64,000 nucleotides of DNA from Monocercomonoides exilis PA203 (taxonomy: Eukaryota > Protista > Preaxostyla). Below the pieces are notes generated by a model. It ran no database searches. It was not told the DNA's origin and was given only the letters and a program-made list of their open reading frames with translations. The stretch is from the NCBI GenBank assembly GCA_001643675.2, contig LSRY02000060.1:186001-250000 (forward strand). The letters are read 5' to 3'. Positions 1 to 13,300 of this stretch are shown here, one piece after another; the first letter of the stretch is position 1; every line of letters starts with the position of its first letter. Position numbers and translations under genes: made by a program.

Positions 1-415
1 ATTTCACTGATAATCAATAAATTTGAATATGGCTTTTTTTGGTGCCTTTTTTGTCAAAACTCATGGAGGAGTAATTTAGAAAGCGCACCATAAATAATCC
101 AGTTCCTTCAAGAATAATTCAATTCATAAAACTCGCTTTATTCAATCTTCTAGAGTGCATATTTCTTTCGCGTTTTTCATGTTTTTGTATATTTTTGAAA
201 ATTATTTATGTTTTTCTATTAATCTTGAAGTTATTTTCATCTTCAAATTCAGAATTTTGAGAACAATAATTTCTGTATTGCATTAATTATAGCATTCAAA
301 AAAGAAAAAATCTGCGCACACTCAAAATAAATAGCATATGGATACTATATTGGAGTTTTCAAAACACATTAAAACTTATTTTTTGATTTGAATATGCTTA
401 TTCATCATCATTATT
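1..415. repeat. Left terminal inverted repeat of the outer element (>=415 bp, truncated by the window edge)
   Basis: atttcactgataatcaataaatttgaatatggc... pairs with ...gccatattcaaatttattgattatcagtgaaat (3941-3973); coordinate sum 3974 holds through position 400. Confidence 0.95.
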
Positions 416-651
416 CATGTTTATAATCATCGGAAATTCATTGTTAAGATTTATTAATTTTTATGGAAAAAGTCAATTTCAAATTGTTGTGTGATGTAAT
501 CAGAATTGATATATTGAAATGGCAATGCAGGAACTTCAGATATCAAAGCCTCATCAGCATGATATTGTTTTTTCAAACGAAGATGGAACATGCAGGTTGT
601 TATCAGAAAATATTTTGAAAAACAAGCTCTTAAATGAGAAAAGTTTGCAGG

Positions 652-1248
652 GATTGGTTCTGTGAAAAATGCAATAGAAAGATATCTGTTTATGATGAAA
701 CAGTATTCCCTGGTAATAAATTTGGACAAGGGAAGGTTTTTTGAATCATTTTGTGGTTTTGTGAAGGTGCGAATATTGCATTCATTTAAAAAATAATGGG
801 AGTGGACAGGAAAACAATCAAGTTTTAGTGAAGCATCGTCAGAGTTTCCTGCATGGAAATTTGGAATTTGCATCAAAACATAATAGGAAGAGAGTAGAAA
901 GTGGTTGAAATTGATGATGCAGTTATACAAAGACGGAAATGTTTAAAAGTTATAAGAAAGGAACTAATTTGGATAATTGATGGGGTTGAGAGATTGGAAA
1001 GAGGGGGAGCTGCTCTTCGTTTTGAGAAAGTTGTGTCTAATAGAAAGAGTGAAACTTTTTTTCCCGTCACTCAAGAAACAAATCAGTTTCAAACAACAAT
1101 AATGTGTGATGAGTGGAAAGCATCCTCCGCGCTGGATTAATATGATTGCACTTATATATCTATTTGTCAAAAAAGGGATTTTGTTGATCTGGGGGAAAAT
1201 ACGGACTTTCAAGCTTTTTATGCACAAAGCATGAAAAAATTGTTTCCC
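652..1248 (+). pseudogene. Merlin/ISXO2-type DDE transposase pseudogene
   Basis: Frame +1 reads DWFCEKCNRKISVYDETVFPGNK...IIGRE*KVVEIDDAVIQRRK...WIIDGVER...VVSNRKSETFFP...TTIMCDEWKASSALD*YD...DFVDL. This matches the Merlin motifs WxCxxC, IGG..VEIDE, WVxGGVER, IxSDxWKAY and FVDP; several in-frame stops. Confidence 0.85.
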
Positions 1249-1535
1249 TTATAACATTATTAAACTTAACCAGATTTCATAATTATTTTGATTTTCATAT
1301 ATGAAAACAAACATTATTGATATAATAACAAAACGTTTTGTAAACTAACACGTAATTAAAAAGCTGTTCTCATTTTCAATAAATTTTTGTACACAAAAAG
1401 TTGATCAAAAGTGCATAATTTTTCAATGAAAAAGTTTGAAGTCTCATATTTTCCCCCATTTTTTCACATTTTTCGTTTTTAAGTCTTTAACATTTTCATC
1501 TAATTTTTAAAAAAAGAAAATAATGATGATGAATA

Positions 1536-3573
1536 GGGTCAGTTATTTATTGGGAACTTTTTTTAACGGTGCCGAAATATTTAAATAGAAAATTAAAATT
1601 CCCACTTTTTATATATTTATTAACATTATCAGCATATAAGCAAACTCTGAAAATTAGGATAATTACATTTGAATACGAAGCCTATTTCCAATGGGTGGGA
1701 GATGGGGGTTAATCCCTTCCATCGAAAAAAATAAATAAATAAGTGTGTAACAAGGGGTATAATACCATTTAAATTCGTATTGAATGAAAATAAAAATTAA
1801 ATTTCAAAGAAAATTGACAATAAAAATTAATAAATTAATAAATTGGACTTAAGATCATAATCATAATAAAAAAATGAAAATTGCTGTGGAACAAAAGAGA
1901 ATTGCTGGACAAAGGAAATTACGTGCTGCAATGAAATCTTTCGATTACAGAAGGATTGACAATCGGCTGGAACGGATGGCGCGCATTGTTGTTGATGGAG
2001 TTGTTCGGATTACAGACGCGATAAACTCCATGGAATTCTCACGCAAAAGGATCAAAAACGCTGTTCGGGCACTGAGAAGCAAAAGGCTGGTTTAAAAAGT
2101 GGGAAGACCGCAATTTGTTAATGGAGACAAAGAACAAATTGTGCTGGAAAAAATAATCATTGGATCAAGATCTGGAAGCTGTTTGCCTATACAGAAAGTT
2201 CGCGAACTGGTTTATTGTTGTTAAATAATTAATAATACTAACAAATATATTAGATGGAAAATGTAATAAATGATACAGACGACGAAGACGCCCCATGCAT
2301 TTACGTTTCAATGTCCACCGCTTTCCAATTCATGAAGCGCCATCCCGAGCTGAAGAGAAGTTCTCCGAAAAATGTTGATGTTTATCGCCTTGCGTTGTCG
2401 TGCCAAAGTGTTCTGCAGCCTTGGTATTGATTACTGGACGGTTTGCACGAAAATAATGAATACTGCAAAGAATAAATATTCGATGTGGATGAGTCATCAC
2501 TGACAGTCCCTTCCAATTCAAAGCTGAGCGTGGTTTATCCAAAAAATGAAAATCCAGGATTTCGCATAGAACTACCAAAAATGGCAAATTTAACTCTTGT
2601 TGCTGCTGTGGCTGCTGATGGATTTGTTCTTCCTTCTGAGATTCTATTGCCTAGCAAGAGTCTTCCTGATGAAATGAAGCCGCTGTTATCACAAACTCTG
2701 GATATCTGTCCAAACGGAAGTGGTAGGATGGGCTGCAATGAATTCAAAAAGAACGCACTAACAACACTCCTTCAAGGAATTATCGATCGCAGAAAGCGCA
2801 TGTCACTGGAAAACTCTCGCTGCTTGTTTCACATCGACTCACACATTTCTCGATCAGATCCGACAATCTGGAGAGAATTTCAAAAAGAAAATATCGAATT
2901 CGTCACCTTCATTCCTCACAGCACACATATCGCCCAGCCTCTTGACAGAGGAGTCTTCGCTGTTCTCAAAACAGAGTTGCAAACAAAATATGAACCTCCA
3001 TCTTCATCGACATCTTCATCGAAAAGAACAGCTCTTGTGGATGTTCTCCCTCAAGCAATTCATACCGCCCTCTCACCTGCTGTCATTAAAAAAGCCTTAG
3101 CAACGAGTGGAGTTCTTCATAACGAATCTGGGCCGATTCTCATGAAGCTTCCAGAAACATCAGAATATCAACCTTCATCACATTCAAATAGATTCGACTT
3201 CAATGGCAAGTTAATTACCGATGAGAAGCTTCTGAATGATTGGAGTGAACATTTGGGAATAAAAGAAAAAGAAAAAGTTGAAAAAGAAGAAAAAGTTGAT
3301 GAAGAAAAGAATTCTTCTGAAAAAATGAAAAAAGAAGAGCTAAAAGACGATAATGAGTTAGAGTCTTTGGTTGAAATGAAAAAAATAAAGAGAAAATTTG
3401 AAGTGAAAGAAGATGATCAAGAAAATGAAAAGGAAGAAATTAATTTCATTAAAAGAAAAAAAGGAAAATAAAAAGTTATACGAAAATTGGATTCGTTATT
3501 TGTGTTTTTTTAATTTTTGTTTAATTTTTTTTCATATCAATAAAAAAAAAGTTTCCCGATAAATAACTGACCC
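1536..3573 (+). mobile_element. pogo/Fot1-like Tc1/mariner-superfamily transposon, 2,038 bp, TA target-site duplication
   Basis: TIRs GGGTCAGTTATTTATTGGGAACTTTTTTT (from 1536) and AAAAAAAAAGTTTCCCGATAAATAACTGACCC (to 3573); TA at 1534-1535 and 3574-3575. Removing the element restores the outer TIR. Confidence 0.93.
1874..3471 (+). pseudogene. pogo/CENP-B-like DDE_1 transposase (DD35D) with one 44-nt intron (2210-2253) and three premature stops
   Basis: N-terminal HTH region followed by VGRP; FQFMKRHPELK (CENP-B HTH-like); catalytic IFDVDESS, HIDSHISR and 35 aa later QPLDRGVF. Intron GTTTAT...ACTAAC...TTAG joins the frames. Stops at 2093-2095 and two more before 2485. Confidence 0.88.
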
Positions 3574-3973
3574 TAAGTATATTCAAATCAAAAAATAAGT
3601 TTTAATGTGTTTTGAAAACTCCAATATAGTATCCATATGCTATTTATTTTGAGTGTGCGCAGATTTTTTCTTTTTTGAATGCTATAATTAATGCAATACA
3701 GAAATTATTGTTCTCAAAATTCTGAATTTGAAGATGAAAATAACTTCAAGATTAATAGAAAAACATAAATAATTTTCAAAAATATACAAAAACATGAAAA
3801 ACGCGAAAGAAATATGCACTCTAGAAGATTGAATAAAGCGAGTTTTATGAATTGAATTATTCTTGAAGGAACTGGATTATTTATGGTGCGCTTTCTAAAT
3901 TACTCCTCCATGAGTTTTGACAAAAAAGGCACCAAAAAAAGCCATATTCAAATTTATTGATTATCAGTGAAAT
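3574..3973. repeat. Distal part of the right TIR of the outer element (proximal part at 1519-1535)
   Basis: Reverse complement of 1-400. Confidence 0.95.
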
Positions 3974-4393
3974 TGTTGTAATTTATAATTTTAAATGATT
4001 CCTTTGCGACAACAGAAGGTCAGCAATTGAAGAGAGAGAGAGAGAAAAAAAATACATAAATATACAAATATAAATATAAAATATGAGAAAAAAAGTGAGA
4101 AAAATCGGTTGAGGATTCTGTCTCTATCTTTCAGAACCACAAGAACCCAAAACCTGAAGCATGCATTTGCAAAAGGGAACCAATGTGTCTGCAAATATCT
4201 GTGCCACAAAATTGTCAACAAGAAATTTCTTATCGTGCTTTCTTGAAAGATATGGATTCACAATAAAAAGATTTCTGCATTGTTCATGATTCTTCTTAGA
4301 TATTTTTTTCTGGGTTTCTATATATTAGCAGAATGCATTCTCTTGCATATTTTTTGTTTCTAGCACTTATCAATTGCTGCATTCCAAGCTTTT

Positions 4394-7300
4394 TCAAGAC
4401 AATAATGCTTCTGTATCTTTTCCTGTGCTTTCTCCTTCCTCTTTTGATGATTGCTCCAAGTCAATTGCATCAGACACAGCCAACATGACTGTTCCAGCAG
4501 GAAAGTGCTGGATAAATTCTCTTTTCAAATTGCTCAGCGTTGGCCGTTGCAATGGATCTGGAGAACAACACTTACGCACAACATTCCACATTCCACGCTC
4601 CTCAGTCAGATCAATGTCTGGCCTTTCTCCATTCACAATCTTCTGCCCTGCTGTCACAGCCTCATATTCTCCAAATGGGATTTCCAGCGTCAAGCACTCC
4701 CACAGCATCATCCCAATTGAGAACGCTACAGACTCCTTCGTAGCTCTCATCTTCTTGTTGATAAGCAGCTCTGGTGCCTTCCATCGCATGCATTCTTTCC
4801 GGTTGTCTTCGTCATCTTCAAATGCTGATGAGGGAGGTGAGTCTCTGCCTTTCTTATTAACAGATGAGCAATCAGAGGAAGAGGAGATAATTGTGGAGGA
4901 TGATGAAACAGATGATGAATCAGAGCTATCGTCAGAACAATCGGAGTGCATCGCGATACAGATGACCATGTGCTCAGAAAACAGCACAATGAGAGAACTC
5001 AGACCGGCCAGCGAAGGCAATTCCTTGTCTTCATCAAATGAATAAAGTGCCCCATTTGCCACCCAGAACAGGACCTGTGCTGCTGTGAACACTCTCTCCT
5101 GTAAACTCCCAATCGCCATCTCCTTCTTCTCATTTCTTCCATGAAGTAGCATGAACAGTGAATCCCTCAAATCCACAATCAGCTTCTCATGAGGAGAAGA
5201 GCATGCCATTGCATCCACCAGATTCGACATGGATGAGGTGGTCGGGCACAGATCTTCCCCTCGAACAAATGTCGAATCTGAATCAGTCGTTGAAGTGGAT
5301 GAAATGGATGGAGATGGTGTTCTCTTTCTAATCTCTTCTTCTTCCTTCTCATCGACCTTCTCCAGCATCCATTCTGGAATCTTGTCTGAATCCCTTCCCA
5401 ATATATATTCAGTGGAGCCACTCTCAGACAGAAGATGCTCCGAAGATTCTGAATGTCCTAAGCTTTTCTCATATACCCTTTTCTTTATCCTCTCTTCATT
5501 CTTCTTCTCCGCCTCCCTTTCTGCTCGTCGCCACTGCTCTTCTGGCGACATCTCCATCGTCACCATCTCAAATGCCTTCGGATCCTTCTTCACTGTGTCA
5601 TTCACAATTTCTTCAAGCTCTTTTGTTCGTTCCTTTGCCCTCCTCCACCGAACCACAAACACTATTAAACCAATAAGTACAATAAGAAGAATAAAGCCCA
5701 TTGCAATCACAATAATCACCCATGATGTTCCTGCTTTGTTTTCTCCTTTAACAGCAACTCCATCCCTCTTCTCCTGAAGCTCGCTCCTGTTCTTCAAGAT
5801 TATTGCATTTGTTTTTGAATACTTTTTCTTCCAAACAAAATCTGAGCAGTCACTTCAACTTCTGCGAGCACAGAATCAATTTTTGCTCCTTCAATAAAGC
5901 AATGAACCTCTCTTTCTGATATAAATGCATTTTTCTCTAATTCATATGTTTCTATAGCTTCTGTACTTTCAATTGAAGAAATAATGCATAATTTCAAATC
6001 GCATGGAAGAAGAATTGTTCCAAGTAATATTAATTCAATCATATTCCCATTCATTTCTTTTCTTATAAAATCTAATGTGGGAATAAATAACGAAGATGCT
6101 CTTTCTCCAGCAATACCCTCCAATTTGCATCCTTCGCTCAAAATCCATAATGACGTGTTTGGCATTGCTCCATCTCCGCCTTTCAAACTCTGTACATCAA
6201 GTGTGCTATTTCCATTGCACAAAACATTTCGTCGGATAGACGGGAATTTTTCTATTGATGGTGAATTATTAGCAAACATTCCCATTCCGATTCTTGCATT
6301 TCCGTCTAAAATAAGCAGTGCCCCCTTTGTCGAATTTGCGAATTCAGTTTCTCTTATTGACGAAGTGCTTCCAATTAGTTGAACAATAGACCCGTTCCAA
6401 TAGCAAATATTATTTGTCACATCGGCTTCTCCTTCAAGTCTTTTTTTCTTTCATCACTACAACATATTCCCCCATCAAAAACACATGAATCAAGAATCAC
6501 TTCCGAGCAGTTTACCAGTGAAACAAATAAGTCTTGCTGATGCAAAGGGGTATGACAATTGAAAGAGCAATTTTGCACACCAACTGATGCAATATTGCGT
6601 AAAGCAAATATACAATTGCTCGATAAAAGGCACGTAATATTAGAGAAAAAGCAAGATGAAATTGCGACTCCATCTGTTGGAATATCATTAGCAACATCAC
6701 TGTTGATTGTTCTGTAAATATTGTTTATGCATGATTCTGATATCTCTATCTGGGAAAACTCAGCATCGGAAATTCTTGTGAAACTTTGGCATTGAAAAGA
6801 AAAAATTGAAGGAGATAAAAATGATATATCCTTAATCACTGAATGCTCAATTATGACTTCTGAATTCAGTGCAAATATCAATGTAAACGGAACGCAAGCA
6901 AAGCTTGAAGGCACGTTTGAGAAAAATGAAATGTGTGACAAAGACAAAGTTCCAGCTGAAGCAAGTGCAAATATCTTATGCTTTGAATTGAAGTTTGTCT
7001 CATAAACAAACGACAAAAGAGATAGTTCAACGGAATTTGTGCAATCAATAAGGGAATTTCGACTCTCCGAAATATTTGGCGCAACTCTAATTGCAGACGA
7101 AGTTTTTGATGAAGATTCAATCAAAATATCTTCCAAATCGATCTCTGCATTTAAATAGCTAGAAATTTTTATAAGAAGTCTGCTTTCAAAAAAATGAGAT
7201 AGATGAAGCAAAGAGTAACTTATCGAAAAACATGGAAGGGCTATGGAGCCACATTTTTTCGTATCTTCGCCTTCAAGTACGTCTGAATCAGAAACAAATA

Positions 7301-10300
7301 TTGTATCTGCCTTATTTATTAAAATATAGTCCATCAGATTTACAGGTTCGGATGAATGCTGTTCCCTATCTATTCCATAAATAGCATTTTGCCGAACAAA
7401 AACATTTTCGCTGAAATCAATATTGAATTGTGTTTCATTGATCTGTTCATCAATATTTACGCATTCAATAAACATATCCCTTCCAAGAAATGCATTATTT
7501 CCTGTGAAACTAATATTCTTCAATTGAAAATTCAATGCTCCGCTTAAATTTGTTCTCAAATAAATTCCGCCTCCTCGTCCCTTCGTGCTGGAGCAGCTGC
7601 ATTGCGTCAATGAGGAAGAGCGGATTCTCAGGCAGCTTTCCTCGTTCATTGCAAACATTATAATCCCACCATTCAAACAAGTTGCAGCTTTTGATAACTG
7701 GAATACATTATCATGCAGTTCAAACAGAATATTCTTTGAATTTTCGCACGATAAAACACATGGATAATTGCTATCACTATTTACTGATTCAAATGTGGAA
7801 CCATTAACACTTGCAACATTCCTTTCATTGTTGTTTGAAACACGTTGTTCATGGACATTCAAAAAAGTGCCTTCAGTGATAATTACTGAAAATACAGATA
7901 TATTATTACATTTTAGTGACGAAAATCCACGAATATTTACAATGTCCTTTGAGCACACAAAAGACTTTAAACACACATTTAGTACGTTTATAACGCCATT
8001 TGTGGCCAAAATAAAAGACAATCTCAAAGGTTCATCATTCCTTCCATCAGATGAAAATAAACATTTATTGAATTCAAGAATGCCAGATATGCTGCAAAAT
8101 ACAGACTCATCAGAATTTGAAGCGTTTGTTGATGCGAAGACATTGATTTTAAGAATTGATAATGATCCCTTGTTCACTATCTCAACATCGTTTTTAGTCT
8201 CCTTACCACTTATTGTAATGGTCGACATTGAATCTTCATCATCTCTATCAGATGAATATATTATAAAGCTATCAAGGAAAACAAATTCGTCTTGAATTAT
8301 TGTCGATCCGCAAATGCATATTTTTTTGTTTTGATCTATTTTGTCCAATTGGTTATATCCTTTCCAAAAAGATTTGCAAGGATCTGATTTGCTTCCACAT
8401 CTCATAACGTCGAATCCATTGGATGAAACATAAATATGCGGCGACAAGCGTGGAACAAGAAAGCGAAGCAAATCTGTATCGTTTTGAAGGCTGTCGCTTC
8501 CCTGAAAAGATTTTTCATCATTAATCGAGCTATTATAGTCAAACAAAAATGAAGTTGTTGTAACTGTTGTGTTAAGGTCTGTGGATAGAATAAACATATT
8601 TTTTCCGACATAAGCTTCATTTAATGAAAAACTGACATTTACAAGCATTAAGCAGATTGGGTTTTGGCATTTCGAGCAATCAAAAAACAATGCTCCACCC
8701 TTTCCATTGCTATCAGAGCAACTACAGTTATGCATGATGCAACTATTCAAACACACATCGTCGTTTCCGAGTACAGAATTTCTGAAAACTCCTCCTTTCT
8801 CACTGTTGGGCGTGTACAATCCATCAAACGTGCAATTGTCGACACTGACTTTCTTTAAAGATATAATTGGTACAAATTCAAATTGAGAGGTTCTCATTGA
8901 ACAGTTTTTCATTGTCAGAGTTCCTTGATTTATTTTTAGCAGCGTGTATTTAGCAGTGCTTAATTGAAAATCGAACTTGCAGGTCAATAAATCAATAGAA
9001 CCTCCATCTGACCTTATCACCTCTTTTTGATTACCAGCAAATGATTGTGGAAGAATCATGTTCAGTCGAATAAACGATAAAGAACGAAGTGCAACAATCA
9101 CCGATTGATTATTACTATTTTCTATTTCACTTGAAAATTCAAGATCGGAAATAGACACATCTGATGGAGCATATGACTGAATCATTTGAGGTGTGGTTAC
9201 TGTTAGTGACGATTCTTCGAAAAGACCATAGTTTGTTATGTATATCGTATGCAGAGACGATATGCCATTGTTGTCGAGATGCTTAAATCCATTGTTCATT
9301 GACCTGCATGGCAGCTTCTCTTTTCCACATCCAAGGATGTCAATTCCATCTTCATCAATAAACACAAAATCACCAACGTATTTCACAAGCAAATGCAGCA
9401 AGTCAATTGGCTCAGAGATAAATAATTTCTTATCTGTTCCTGCAAAATCCACTTTTTCAATACCATTTTCCATTAGGATTATATCAAATCTTTCAGGTGT
9501 TATTGATTCGTTCAAATCACCGCAACAAACGAAAAGATCTTTTCCAATATATGCGTTGTTCAATGAAAACATCAAAGAACTCAAAGAAAAAGAATTCTCA
9601 TAGCCTAACAATAAATCAAATGAAAGACCTCCTCCATACAAACGCTTGTTTATCGAAACCTCACAGCCTGTAATTGTCGAATTCCAAATGTTGAAAATGC
9701 ACGATGAACTCAATGAGCATTTAATTGCACCTCCATGGCCATTTGCCGATTTGCATTTTAAGAATGTGCAATTACCTCCAATTTCTATTTTCGAATTCTC
9801 TTCAAAAACAAATGCCCGACCTTCTGGCATTTCACATTGTTCTGCTAATGTTCCTTTTACAAAAAATATCGAATTTTCTACCCCCTTTATCAGCGAGCCT
9901 CCACCAGATGTTGTTTTTAAAATGTGACAATTTTCAAGAGAAACATTTCCATCGAAGGCAGTGATCACTGTGTTGTTGTCCAAAAAATGAATATTAAAAA
10001 TGTTAACAGAACTTATTTGAAGTATTCCACCTCTAACAAGGAAAAGCTTCATGTTTGTTTCCTTCGCTGAGCTTTCTTTGTTTCCAAATGAGCATTCTGA
10101 AATGTACGCAGTGCCAACAAAAATATCAATAAACTCTGTTCGCACAGAATGAACTGGAAGAACTAAGTTCAATTTCCAAAGAGTCAAAGAAGCTTGAGAG
10201 TTTCCTGATGTCAACGACAGATGACCTTGATCCCCAATATTCATAATTATGTTTGTCTTGTTACCTCGAATAGTCAATTTCCTCTGACCTCTGTTTAAAT

Positions 10301-13300
10301 CTCTGTTTAAAACTGCACTTGACTTTATTTGTATTATTGATTGCTCATCTCCAAGTACATTAAAGCCTCCTTCAACTGTATCGCATGGATCTTCAAGATA
10401 TCCGCAAACATTGGCATCAAGGCCTCCACTGTTTACAAATACAATCTCATCGGCAGTTGGGAATAAATAATCGAATAACGATGTATCAACATTCAGCGCA
10501 GGGTCTTCATCAACAACCCATAATCTGTCCCTTTGACTCTCGGCCTCATCTTCAAAAGCTGTATCACTCCAAAGAGAAGCAATAATCACAACTCGGGGAT
10601 GCTTGCACACAGCAAACAGATCTCTTCCATGAGCACCGCTATTCCAACTCCAAACAATAGATTTTAATGAATATTTCATATCGCTCGACAAAAATTCAAC
10701 ATGCATTCCTCCTCCACAACCATCGATATTAGATACATTACATGAACTGATTTTGTTTGCATTAAAATTGAAGGTGGCTCCTTCAGAAATTCTAACTTTA
10801 ACTCCGCCTCCTTTGCCTTTTTGTTCCTCACAAGCTGCGTCCCAAAAAGTGCAGTTTTCCGCTTTTTGCATGCACTCAAAACCAATCTCTCCAATTAGAA
10901 TGCCTCCATTTCCATTTCTTCGCTTTATATCCCTGAAAGATACATTTTTCAGTTCGAGTGAGCATTCATTCAACTGATCAATGATGCATCCATCTTCAGA
11001 ATGAGAATCTGAGAATTCGCAGTTTTGCATTCGCATTGATTTTCCTTTCTTGAGCTTCATAAGGCTTCCATCAGCAAAATCTGTTTGGACTTTTGAGCAA
11101 CTCCATTCAGAAATAATTGAGTCTTCATTATTTGTTTCATCAATGGCGAATACTCCTCCTCCTCTGAATACAATATCTGCGACTATCAGCTTGTTAACAA
11201 TTAGGCAACCACCTTTCACCATTGCAAAGAAAAATTCAGGCTGTTCATTCAGCATATTCACAGCCTTGCTTATGGAACACTCAACAAGTTGTAATGTGTT
11301 GCATTTGCACAATAGGAAGCATTCCCGAGCTTGACTTTCATTCACTATTTTCAATGAAGATGGAATCTCAAAACTTATGTTCTTCAACAGAAATGAAACC
11401 TCAGATTCTATTAATCCTTCTCCTAAGCCAGCTCCCTCCTCGTTCACTGAAATTTTTGATCCTGTTGACAAAGAGTCGATCACAGTCTCTTGCTTATTTA
11501 AAACAAGTTTATTGTCGAAATGAAAAGATGGCAATAGTTTTATAGATGTCGTGCCATCCTTAAAGCGCGCGTTTTCCGCAAACTGTATTGTCGAACAAGG
11601 ATAGTCATAATATCCACATTGCATGTAATCATATCCTGGATTTCCTAGCATTGCTGGTGGAGAAAATGTTCTGAAAAACAACACCAACGGAATTGGTTTT
11701 ATGTGACTAACACTTTCGAACCCCACTAGCTCTGTGATGTCTGTTTTGTTTATTTCTATTGCAAAATTAAAACCAAAAGAAGTCCGATCTAAAAGTGCTT
11801 GCAACGAATATCCTTCGAGAAACACATTCTTTCCTCCATAGCTTGCCTTATTTAATGTGTTCTCTCGTGATCCAAATGTTAATTGCGACAAGAAAAAATC
11901 ATGCCCACTTTCGTCACAACATATGTGTAAGCCTCCGCCATAACCTCCATATTGCTCATTTGCCTCGGCCACAGATCGCTCAATGTAGCATACTGATTCT
12001 TTTCCAACATTAAACTCCCCTCCTCCAAGCAATTTAACAGATATTCCGCCTCCGAATCCTTGTTTCGTTTCGCAAGCAGAAATAGTGTTTGAATCAAGTG
12101 ACAGACAGCATCCGTTGCACACATTCCCCGACAAGGCAGAACCGTTTCCCGAAATTTTTCTCACTTCATTAAATGAACAATTTTGCAGCTTTGATTGAAC
12201 AACATTATCAATCCAAATCATCCCACAGTTTGGAGATGATGAAGCATTTGCAACTGAACTATTCAGCGATATGTGAAAGCAAGATGAGAAAGACAACAGC
12301 CCCTTTGTATTTGTGGATGATACATTTACAAATGTTGCGTCACAGATACTCATCGATGCATCAGTTGCTGCAGAAATGAAAGAAAAACTTTCAGATCTAA
12401 TTGATGAGGTAGAAAATCTGTTTAAATACAATGATCCAGCGTTGATGAACAAAAACGGAAAGAAAATTGCATCTGCGCCAGCATCGCACAAAACTGCACA
12501 ATCTTCAATTGTTGCAATTCCAGAAGACTTTGAAATGAAAATAGCTGATTTTTGTGGAGACGGAATGTGCTTTTTAAGAAGAATGGCAAACTTTCCAATG
12601 TGCACTATTTGCCTTATTTCAAAAATTCCCAATGCGCTGCCTTCTTTTCCGTTTAAAACAAGCTCTGTTTTATTCACTCCACATATGGAATATCCACTGA
12701 CATCATCAAGAATAAGACTTTCGTTAAGAATGTAATTTCTGCTCACTTCAATTGATTTTCTTTCATTGCTTTTTCTGCTAAATGAAAAATCGAAGCTCTG
12801 GCACGGAAATTTTATAAACCCGCACACTTCAACATCACTGCCATCCATCGACGTGCTCACAACAAGTTCTTTTTCGAGAAAATAATAAACCAATGGAATT
12901 CTTGTGCTTGGCCATTTTGAATCAATCCCAACGCATGAAGTTTCGGAATATGGAAGTGATGGGGAAAAAAGTGGAAAAGAATCACCATTTGCACTTGATG
13001 ATAGATCAAATGAATAAATAAATAGATCGTTTCCGTATTCCGCTTGATTCAGGTCCATGAATAATGTCGACAGAGAAAAAAATGTTTCGTCAAGGATATC
13101 GATCATCATTCCTCCACCTTTTCCTTCTGTTCCTGTTAATATTGGTGCAGAACAAGATTCAATAGTTGATGCCACCAGACAGAATTGAGTTGGCTTTTTC
13201 AGCATTACATATAATCCGCCACCTCCTTTTTTATTTTCTCGTATCTTGCAATTTGCGAATGTGGAATTCGATATTGATAACACTTGATACGAATCCTTTG

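Larger units (their letters stand above)
1..4002 (+). mobile_element. Degenerate Merlin (IS1595/ISXO2-like) DNA transposon with long TIRs; left end runs off the window; right TIR split by a nested element
   Basis: 1-400 is the near-perfect reverse complement of 3574-3973 (mismatch at 396/3578), and 399-415 is the reverse complement of 1519-1535. The interior carries a Merlin-type transposase relic. The right end at 4002 (...atgattcc) is inferred from the GG-start rule for Merlin TIRs and is not directly verifiable. Confidence 0.8.

Noticed and set aside
454-930. 158-aa minus-strand ORF
   Set aside because: Antisense shadow of the Merlin transposase relic; no recognisable motifs.
652-3471. 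In-frame TAA/TAG in the transposases suggesting a TAR=Gln genetic code, as in some oxymonads
   Set aside because: TGA stops also interrupt them, and long host ORFs contain no internal TAR while ending in TAA, TAG or TGA; the standard code with pseudogene decay fits better.
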